From NCBI RefSeq assembly GCF_964355755.1, contig NC_092679.1, positions 3,006,201 through 3,070,200 of the forward strand: a DNA stretch of 64,000 nt. The letters are read 5' to 3'. Both the position numbers and the translations under genes were made by a program. Origin of the DNA: Antedon mediterranea. Lineage: Eukaryota > Animalia > Echinodermata. Shown here piece after piece: positions 54,801-64,000 of the stretch. A model generated the notes under the pieces. The model was not told where the DNA came from, searched no databases, and saw only the letters and a list, made by a program, of their open reading frames with translations. Numbering within the stretch: the stretch's first letter is position 1; the number at the start of each line of letters is the position of its first letter.

Positions 54801-57800
54801 ACACCTCTATTAAGGGGGTCCTTTCATTTGAAAAGAATTAGGGGCAATATATGTTATAAAACCACGGCTAACCTTTATTCAGGGGAAAACTATATAAAGG
54901 GGCCCTTTTATTTGAAAAGAATGCGGGGCAAAATACGTTATAACACCACTGCTAACCTTTATTAACGGGACAACTCTATTAAATGGATACTTTTTTAAGT
55001 CCTGAAGTGGACCCCTTAATAGAGTTGCTACTGCACTATATACAGTACAGACAGATCAAGGATTAAAACCACATCTATGATTTTGAACGTGGTCTCAGAA
55101 GCAGAACATGTTAATCAATTCACTTACACCTTGTACACGCAAACACGCCTCAATTGAGCTTAGCACAAAGAATAAAAATCCAACTCCAATCACACGATGC
55201 AACTGAGGTCCAAGACGTGGTCTGAATAAAAACAAAAACATAAAGCTCTGTCTAGACTATCAAACTTTATGTGACAAAAAATGTGATGATACCAACAGCA
55301 TTGTCATTTTTTCAGTAATTTGCCTTTGGATTTGAATGCATGGATATAATCCATTAAGTCTGTTTTCCTGTCAACGTTATTCAACGCTATCGTCGTTGAT
55401 CGTTAACAGTTCAACAACGATCGTTTGAAAACGATCCAAGTTGAAATGATAACGATAGCGAGTACCTTTTCCTGTCAATTGTTAACAATTCAATGTTTAC
55501 GTAGGAGATTGCCAATTATTGTTAACGATAGCGTCGAATAACGTCGACAGGAAAACAGGCTTTACTGAACACAGGAATCTAAGAGAGATCCGGGAGTGAA
55601 AGAGAGATACACATGTGTGTAACACGAACAATAACAAAAATCTTCCGAATCCTAAACCAAATTGTTTCAAATGGAGTTGAAGAGGTGGTGGCATGAGCAA
55701 GGAGGTGGTGGCATGAGCGAGGAGGTGGTGGCATGAGCGAGGAGGTGGTGGTATGAGCGAGGGGGTGGTGGCATGAGCGAGGAGGTGGTGGCATGAGCGA
55801 AGAGGGTGACACCCATGTCCGTACAATTACGGACTTACTTTGTGATTCCAAATCCCATGCTAACAATAATAACAAGCATTCTTGCGACTGTCCTCTTCAG
55901 ACAGGAGACCAATTCAGCAAAGATCAAAGCAGCGGGAGAGGAGAAACCTGTCTTGTTCATGTGGTGGTACTCAGAGTAGAACACTACTTTCTCAAGAAGA
56001 CCTGAAATGTGAAGGGAAAAAAACTACTAAGTAGTGTCACACTTGTAAATCAGAAATCTTGTATTGTCTCTGTCTGGCTTTTATAATTATACATAATTAG
56101 GTGTGAACACACATTATCCTTTTTAATATTAATATACTATATCTTAAGCACTTTCTACACTATCAAACTTTATGTGACATCAAAATGTGATGTGCCAATA
56201 TATGATGATGTCATAAACCTATCATAATTGGGCATATCACTACCATATTTGGGCTTATCACACCTTTTTTATCGAACTAATTAGATAGTGTAGACAGAGC
56301 TTTACTCTTGCATCTTTGCTCAAGTCATTGTTTTAGTTGTAATTATCTGTAGTTTATCATCTGTATTATAAGGAACCATGTAAAAATTATTCTACTACAG
56401 TAACAATATGTATTACTGCAGTAATATATGATTTTAGTTTATGTTGTAGACGTTTATGGGGCACTAAAGCTTGGTTCCCACAAGGACAAAACGCAAGGAC
56501 GTTGACCAATCACAAGCAAAAATTCGAATAATCCATCGCTTGTGATTGGTTAAATACCTTAAGTTGTCGTGTTACGTCCTAGTGGAAACCAAGCTTAAAC
56601 TACACAGTTATCACAAAAAAGATGTTAAATAATTGCATATATACAAGAGGAAATGAAATGTAGTTACTGAAGCGACAGTTGGAATAATCCATCAATTCGC
56701 TTGTTTTGCGGCCTACGTCCTGTGTTTGCGTTCTAGTGGGAACCAAGCTTAATTAAATATTAAAGCTTCTACCTAATATAACAACACCACAGATCCAAAA
56801 CTGAATTCTAAGTATATCTCTCCATTGACAAGCCATCATTAGAAGCCAAAGGAACGCTAGTATAGTGTAAGCAGCACACATCACAGCATAAAACTGTAAA
56901 TAATAAAAAATCAATTTAAACACACACACACTGGAAAGGACATGACTAAATCTGCCAAATTGGTAGATTTAACATAAGCTAAATTTATTTTTAGTCAGTG
57001 TGAACAACGAAATAATTAACTAGTAATATATTCAATGTTGTTCACATTTCCCTTTCTTCTGAAAGTTGTTGCTAAAGTACAAAAGACACTATGTTTTTGT
57101 GTCGTTTGGCAGGCAGGAAGAGTAAGTAATGCGGCCCCTATCAAAACTTTGACTAAACTATGTCATATGTACGGTTCATCTTGTTGTTCCTTGTAAGTGG
57201 CCGTCGGGAAAGTCTAATGGTATCAGGATTTTCATAAAATAATAAAATAATATACAATACAATACTTTATTCTGTCCAATATACATGAAATACATACATA
57301 TGAAAAATTGACTGGTTCCAGTGTTAATAAATTTAATTAAATATACAAAATTGACCATTCATACTTTGATCACACATTACTGGTCATTGAGCGGCCTAAA
57401 GTCCGACGGGAAAAAACTGTTTAATGACCTATTTGTTTGGTATATAATAAATATAATGATATATAATCAATAAAATGTGATTGTACAAAAATAATATAAA
57501 TAATAAAATAAAAAAATAATTTTTAAATTTAACCTACCGTAAGAAGAGGTTTTTGAGTTGCCGACAAGTAACCATGCTCATTTTCGAATTCAATAGTAAC
57601 TGAAAAAAAATAAATAAACAATAACATGTAGAATAACTTGCACCAAAAAGTTAAAATTTAGTATATAGGTTAAAAAATGGCTACTATTGATGAATTGACT
57701 TTAATAGGGACAGGAGAAATGGGTGAGTAGAGATTCTGTGTTTGCTGAAGCATAAATATTTCTTCTTTCAAGTCTAGCGCTGGATAATCATTTTGTCACA

Positions 57801-60800
57801 TGCATATTACGAAGCCGTTTATATCTTGATGAGTAAAGCCTCTCAAATTGCACCCAGATGAACCAATTGCTCATTACAAAAAGAATGGTGCAACCATAAA
57901 CTTAAATATAACTTTATTTAAACAGGAAGGCTAAGATCAAGTTTTGGTTGTTCTTCCCTGGGGCCGTGCACATACAAAATACAATTTCAACAATGTTTTA
58001 ACATCATTACGCTCTGTATATAAATATAACTTTATTTAAAGACGGAGACCAAGATCAAGTTTTGGTTGTTTTTCCCTGGTGCAAAATACGATTTCAACAA
58101 TGTTTTAACATAATTATGTAGTATATATAAATATAAAAATCAAAATTTTTTAAATAAAGTTTATGTTAAAATGATTGTAGGGTTATAGGGATGAATGTCA
58201 ACACCAAGGTTGCATCCACTTTATAGCAGTTCTGGTAAATAATAACTTACTGTTAAAGGATGGATTTTCGCAATCTGTTTCAATGGAAATCACAAAGATA
58301 TATCGACCATCCTGCCATGTGTTTGTCACTCTATTTGGAACCTAAAACAATATAAAAAAAACAGACCAGGTTGATTTTGACAGGCGTTCTACTGTAAAGC
58401 TATGTCTACACTATCAAACTAGTTTGACAAAAAAGTGTGATGTGCCCAAATATGGTAATGCTATGCCCAAATATGGTAGTGATATGACCAAATATGATAG
58501 TCAATCTATGGGCACATTACAATTTGTTGTCATAAAGTTTGATAGCAGACAGAGCTTTAGAGTCAATCATGCTCTAGCTGAATGGCCATAAGCTGGAACA
58601 GAATGTGCTACTTCAAGGATATTGAAAGAAAATTCAAAATCAAAGAATAGCTGGGTAGACGTTTTCCACAATAGATATTGATAGGTAATTATATGCCCAA
58701 ATATGGTAGTGATATGCCCAAATATGATTGTCAATATATGGCAGATCACATTTTTTTGTCACACAAAGTTTGATATAATGTAGACAGAGTTTAAATGATA
58801 AATAAGCACAGCAATGCTTATCAATATTTCAGAAATTTCAATGAGGCAGTTTTGTTTTTTTTTAATCTTTTATAGGTTCATTTTACCATGGACAAAATAA
58901 GTAGGCATGGAAAGGCATCAGTCTGACATCAAACGTTCCACCTCTCCTGCAGACAGAGTGCGGCGGACCGCCCACAATGTTACAAAATAGCGGTGCATGC
59001 GCTGTTAAGCTGTGTTGTGTATCGAAATCGTTTGATGTCGCCTTCCTTTCTCTTGTACAGGATCCTACTTTATTCATCAATATAAAATGAATTCCATATA
59101 TTAAGCTCTGCCTAAACTATCAAACTTTATGTGACAAAAAATATGATGTGCCCATATACGGACATAAAGCTGTCATATCACTACCGTATTTGGGCATATC
59201 ACTACCATATTTGGGCATATCACTGCCATATTTGGGCACATCACACTTTTTTCTGTCAAACTAGTTTGATAGTGTACACAGAGCTTTACAGTAGGATGGC
59301 TGTCAAAAGTAACCTGGTCTTTTTTTTTTGTAAAAACAAGTTGATAGTATAGACAGAGTAAATATATCATGGATTGTTCTATAACATGAGGCAGTTTTGT
59401 TTTTGACTGTCACTAGTCTATTTAGGCAGCATTTTGTGGCATATGCACATGCGATTAAACCAACATTGAACATGCACTAGTGATTTATGCATATAGTTCT
59501 TTTTTAATTCTCCTTTAAATTTGAAAAGAAATTAGGGATAATTTTTGTGTATGTGATCTTTTCTTATTTTTCATATAACATAGTTATATTTATTATTCAA
59601 TTGTGTTCTTGTTGTGATTATTCTATTTTGTTGTGATAGAAATAATACGCAAGCTGCTAGTGTAAAAAAATAGATGAATGACCAACCGTTGATTTGTCCG
59701 ATGTGGCCTGCTTGGCTGCTGTGGCCTGCTTGGCAGGTGTGGCCTGCTTGGCAGGTGTGGCCTGCTTGGCAGGTGTGGGCTGCTTGGCAGTTGTGGGTGG
59801 CTTGGAAGTTGTGGGTAGCTTGGCAGTTGTGGGTGGCTTGCCATCTACGGATGAGTTGGGGTCTCCTTCAGTTTCCTAATGATATTTAAAACATTTAGTA
59901 CTAGTATGTCACCAATTAAAGTACGAAAAACTTTATGTTTTTAAACTAGTTATACCCTTCACTGTACGATGTCTATAGCCACATCATAACTTTCCAGTTT
60001 GTGATTCAGTCAATCTTTAATTTTAACAAACTTTAAAATTTAGTATAATTTTTATCTACTTTTAATTTTTGTTTTAACACTGTATGCTTAAGTTCTTTTT
60101 ATGTGAAGTTGATACGTTTAGATAACAATGAATTGCAGTTTTAAATTAATATAAAATTTAAAGATGTATTTTCCTCCAAAAATATAAAAAAACTTGAGGG
60201 TACTCCGAGAGTACAAACCTCCGCCTACTGTAAAATTCCCCTACATAAAATGTCCCCGGAAAGTATATATATTTTTTAAATATTTGTTTTTATTAGCTCT
60301 AAGTGTAAATAGGCTAACTGCACACTACAAAGTTGTGGATGAGCGTTTGGTGTAATGGTTATGTATCCAGCTGAGATCGCTGGTTCAAGTCCCGCTGAGG
60401 TTTTTTTTTTTTTTAATTATTATTATTTTTTTTTTTTTGTGGACCTTGATCTTTGACCCTGACCCTTCAAAATTTAACAACAATTATATGATAAGTCATT
60501 GATCATTGTGGCTAAGTTTGGTGAGAATCGGCTAAAAACTGTGGCCTCCAGGCTGTTCACAGACACACACAAACATACAGGGGTGAAAATATAACCTCCT
60601 AGGCGGAGGTAATTAAGATTAAAAATCAGACTAGACTAGGCTCTATATTTAATCAAATTAATCACTTCCATGGATAAAAAAGAAATAAAAAAGACAACCA
60701 ATTTGACTATTTTTTACATTAAATAACATTTTATTCAGGTAAATAATTGGGGTTTTTTTTCAATTGAATTTTTTGTCCAAGTGAATAACTAATATGGAAA

Positions 60801-62755
60801 ATTAAAATTGCAAATTCAACAATTAAATTTTCAAGAAAAAATATTGTTCAGGGGGACAATAATTAATTAAAAAAAGACAAAAACAAATCCAATATTTTAA
60901 AAAGATAGAATTTACTCACTCTTTTCCGTCTGGATTTTTCTGTTTTTTCTGTTACCGAGTCCTTTTTATCTTTGTTTTTTCCTTTATTTTTTTCTTCTTT
61001 GCAAAATTTAATATCACCATCGATGGTTGTAATGCACTGAATAGGTGCAAGATTACTCTGATCCTGGAAAAATTAGAATGATGTATTATTATACAATTTT
61101 AAGCACAAGAAATTACTGTACTTACCAGTGACTCAAAACTATAGTATACAAAAATCAAAATGTGAGGCAATTTTTGTTCTGTATGATTTCGTGTGAAATT
61201 AAGCAGATACTGTTGGGTTGACGGAATATTATGATTATGCTGTTTCCTGTCACTTATTGCGGAAAGAAATGTTCCCAATTGAGGGCATGATTGCAGACTA
61301 GTCCTTTATGGTCCAAGAGTGTTATAGGAACTTTTACTTTTCAAATCTAAGCCCTCACTCTGGAGAGCACAGGCTATTTTCGATTTATCCAGGTAAGTCT
61401 GGCACAATAATATAGACTATTTATTTATAAATACTACATTTCTCTAATAAAATCATAAACTTCAATCCTTATATCACAGAGATTTTTTTTTAAATATGTT
61501 AAATAACCATTAAGCCCAGCATACACATTAGCCATAGGTGACGAATAACACTTTGCTCACTAAAAAATTTGCCATCCAGGCTCCATAACAAAATGATGGA
61601 GATCCTGAGATGATCTGATACCAGTGTTTTTTTAGTGTGTGCCTTTTTTATTTAAACTTATTTATGCAATTGATTTTGTAACTATGGACGTCTATTTCCC
61701 AAATAATTTAGTATAATGTAATGTAATAAGCTGTACATATTAATGTTACCTGAAACATAGTTTTATGATCACATGTCTCCGTCTCATTGCCCGCAATAGA
61801 TTGTTGAAATCTCATTATATTTTCAAACTGAAACATCGATAATTCTGGGCTGCTCAACAAAACTGAAGTATTAATCTAAAATAAAACAATAATTTTTAGG
61901 GAAAAAAAATATCAATATCTTTTTCGCATATGTACTGTAATAACTTGAACCTAGAGATGGTGGTACGTTTGAACGTTCCCAATTGAGGGAGTGGTTGCGG
62001 ACTAGTCCATTATGGTCCAGGAGTGTTATAGGAACTTTTACTTTTTGTATCTAAGCCCTCCCTCTGGAGAGCACAGGCTATTGTCGATTTATCCAGGTAA
62101 GTCTGGCACAATATAGATTATTTATGAATAAATAATATATTTCTCCTACTACTACATGCACAACTAAAATAAAAATACAATTAATAATCCACAAACATTC
62201 TAAAACACTCAATTGAAAAAGTTTGTGTTTGTAATTGTCATGTTCATTATTTACAACTGTATTGTAAAGTGATACATATTAGTTCTGAGGACGATCAAAG
62301 CATATTGATCGAAACGTCAAGAAACTCAAAAGTTCTTTTCAGAACTAATATACGTGGTGTACCGCAAACTTTATATCAACATTTGATTTCGCCATGCAAA
62401 CCTTCAAACAATACATGATATACTTTTTTTCATTTTGATAAACAATAAAAAATATATAATACCGAAAATGATACAGTAAACTTTCCCAACACTGAACTCT
62501 CTGAAAACGGGAAACTTGCCCACAACCAGACTTTCCTCAAACTCAAATTAATTTTACCATTAAAAAACACATTTCGGAACACCAGACTTTGCAGAATAGA
62601 CCAGCCCAAAGGTGTCCGGTATTAAGAGAGTTGAAATTATTCACATTACAGCTTTTGCACTGTACTTACATTATTATCTACAAATGCATTATCACAATCA
62701 GAGAAACGAAGAACCCACTTGAGTTTGATTTGGCAATTAGAATCTTGACACTTGG
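48815..62755 (-). CDS. TMEM87A: TMEM87A/B-family GOST seven-transmembrane protein; 5' end not found in window
   Basis: Exons 62670-62755, 61750-61876, 60920-61063, 59687-59875, 58251-58341 ([10 protein letters not shown]), 57538-57599 (HGYLSA), 56773-56893 ([11 protein letters not shown]), 55839-56001 ([11 protein letters not shown]), 55128-55221 (PRLG), 54646-54711, 50646-50813 ([16 protein letters not shown]), 49848-50025 ([16 protein letters not shown]), 49633-49738 ([12 protein letters not shown]), 48815-48884 (ERSKME*). The A/B distinction is vertebrate-specific, so the symbol denotes the family. Confidence 0.93.
49277..49585 (+). mobile_element. tRNA-head SINE with Deu/Nin-like core
   Basis: A/B-box-like head, core GGATAAGGACTATAAACCGTAGGTCC..CTTTAAAGAACC..GAGTAGGGG.TTACCCCGGTG, and a (TTCAA)n tail. 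Confidence 0.78.
50120..50280 (-). mobile_element. L2-like LINE 3' end fragment
   Basis: 3' stem-loop plus (TTGAA)n tail. A tandem-duplicated relative lies at 57903-58215. Other LINE-like 3' ends at ~7480-7710 (+), ~20800-21010 (-) and ~49020-49255 (+). Confidence 0.55.
50972..51529. mobile_element. Non-autonomous TIR element with repeated GGTGTGAAAGG motifs
   Basis: TIR TACCCCTTTCACACCAA / TTGGTGTGAAAGGGGTA. Lies inside the U12 intron. Confidence 0.8.
52049..54606. mobile_element. 2.56-kb TTAA-flanked (Kolobok-like) non-autonomous element with nested Helitron-like pieces
   Basis: TTAA|AATGGACCTGAAATGG...CCATTTCAGGTCCATT|TTAA. Internal hairpin plus CTAG at ~53495-53530. Segment 52130-52270 is homologous to 42773-42912. 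Confidence 0.8.
55357..55561. mobile_element. Harbinger-like MITE
   Basis: TIR AGTCTGTTTTCCTGTC with TTA on both sides. Other distinct palindromic MITEs at 50322-50506 and 23847-24007. Confidence 0.7.
55681..55806. repeat. 20-bp tandem repeat (GGAGGTGGTGGCATGAGCGA) x6
   Basis: Directly visible, about 30 nt into a TMEM87 intron. Confidence 0.95.
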
Positions 62756-62929
62756 CTGAAAATGAAAGTAGAAATGTAGTTAATGACTTATGAGTAACAA
62801 AAAGAGGCTAACCCTTGATGAGGAATACTGTAATTTGTAATTACATTACACATGTGATAAACAGCGCATAGAGACTATTTGTATTTTGCGCTATATAAAT
62901 TTAAAAGTTAAAATGACTATAGCGAGGCA

Positions 62930-63370
62930 TTTAATAAAAAGGCAAACTGCCTTAGATTGTGACATGTTTCGAGAAACTATTCTCATCATCAGAACAGTAA
63001 ACAACGCCTAGAGTGCTTATATACCAACAGGACATGTTGTATGTAAATAAGTAAGTAATTAGCATAATAAAAGAACAAGGAATGTAGGCTACAAACAATC
63101 ATATGGCAAGTGTGACACCTAAGTTATAGATTTGTTTGTTCAAGGAAGGTTTACTCCACGAGATGTGGAGGGCTTCCTTGACCTTAAGTTTGAAAACGGA
63201 ATCTGCAGAAATCAGAACGGTGAAGCATTCCGCCTTAGCGAGGACCTCAAACCGTTCTGAATCATGCAGATGTTGAAAAATGTGAGAAGCCTTGTCCCTG
63301 AAATGTTCACGCACCCGCATTGATAACCGTCTATTGGTTTCACCAATATACATGGAATTACATCCCATAA
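62930..63370 (-). mobile_element. Penelope-like retroelement 3' fragment (GIY-YIG endonuclease plus UTR)
   Basis: ORF 63099-63368 has YIGETNRRLSMRVREH, SHIFQH and KEALHI..KPSLNKQ. A hammerhead motif follows in the 3' UTR. Confidence 0.88.
62958..62996 (-). ncRNA. Minimal type I hammerhead ribozyme motif
   Basis: TGTT-CTGATGA-T-GAGAA-TAGT-TTCTC-GAAA-C-AT-GTC-ACA: intact core, 5-bp stem II, short palindromic stem III. Confidence 0.78.
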
Positions 63371-64000
63371 ATTTAAAACCATTGTAAATGTACAGTACTT
63401 TTTCACACAGATATCACTTTATACATATTATCACACCTTATCACACCATATTGGAAAGCATCTGCATTGTGTATAATTGAATTTGAAAATGTTTAAAAGT
63501 CTATCATCATACCTATCAGTGTCACGTTAGTGTTGTTATACATACTCTTAGAAATTGTAATTACTTCATTCCTCTAAAACAAAACAAGTAGAAAAGATAA
63601 ATTAAAACAACATAAGAAATTATTCGATTGACAGACGATCAGGGGGCAGATGATCGGGCTTTTTTTTAAAGACGATCGGGTACAAACACGTGCGGACGTT
63701 CGGGCCCAACTTTGTGGACGTTCGGGCTCAACGACTCGGACGATCGGGCCAATATAATTAGACGATCGGTCCATAAAAATAAAGGAAAAACGAATGAATT
63801 TATAATTGTTCACCATAAAATAAATTAAGGGTGTTCTTTCCACGAGTTTGTGATACAAATGTAATAAACTATGTACATTGTAAGATATGGGTCTATCTAT
63901 ACTGTGATATACGCTAAGACTTTATACGAGACATGGACTCATAATCGCCATTTTTGTAAGAGTATTTATTGATCCACACATAGGTGGCAGCATACACGAT

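Larger units (their letters stand above)
6832..59286. mobile_element. Dispersed PIF/Harbinger-type MITE family, about 25 copies of ~130-230 bp (span = first to last copy)
   Basis: TIR AGCTCTGTCTACACTATCAAAC. 3-bp TTA or TAA TSDs seen at 16869-17008, 31800-31961, 32722-32884 and 59104-59285. Internal 21-bp unit ATATCACTACCATATTTGGGC. Copies near 6832, 8196, 8607, 10275, 10996, 13962, 14118, 14588, 15287, 16869, 23118, 27114, 28270, 30360, 30997, 31800, 32722, 33671, 34094, 51899, 55244, 56148, 58398, 58692 and 59104. Confidence 0.9.

Noticed and set aside
58883-59080. 65-aa ORF as an extra TMEM87 exon
   Set aside because: No family similarity, and the flanking exons already join in frame.
59623-59889. 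ORF-track peptides (SHPQLP, WPAWQV, ACLAGV repeats)
   Set aside because: Wrong frames or strand of the 18-bp coding repeat. Splice phase gives the KQATPA frame.
61267-62125. U1 snRNA genes
   Set aside because: Only the 10-nt 5' motif matches. The U1 stem-loop motifs and Sm site are absent.
63212-63440. Possible further TMEM87 5' exon
   Set aside because: It overlaps the Penelope fragment and lacks convincing splice sites or homology.

Overview
AT-rich, intron-rich eukaryotic (invertebrate animal) genomic DNA, not prokaryotic. Four conserved multi-exon genes lie head-to-tail on the minus strand: TTC27 (1911-12111), NEMF (12804-28979), SLC4A1AP/kanadaptin (30192-38495) and a 5'-incomplete TMEM87 (48815 to beyond 62755). 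Four near-identical SNORA74/U19-type H/ACA snoRNAs sit one per intron in TTC27. TMEM87 has a clear AT-AC minor-spliceosome (U12) intron and several unexplained structured or duplicated intronic elements. A + strand orphan ORF (42167-42724) encodes an acidic, likely disordered protein packed with TRAF-binding-like motifs. The rest is dense with mobile DNA: about 25 PIF/Harbinger MITEs with a 21-bp variable repeat core, hAT, Kolobok-like, pogo-like, Helentron/Helitron-like and Crypton-like elements, Deu/Nin-domain SINEs, a decayed CR1 LINE, and Penelope-like fragments with minimal hammerhead ribozymes. All calls were made by reading the sequence and recalling homologous motifs, with no searches run; exon boundaries may be off by a few nt.
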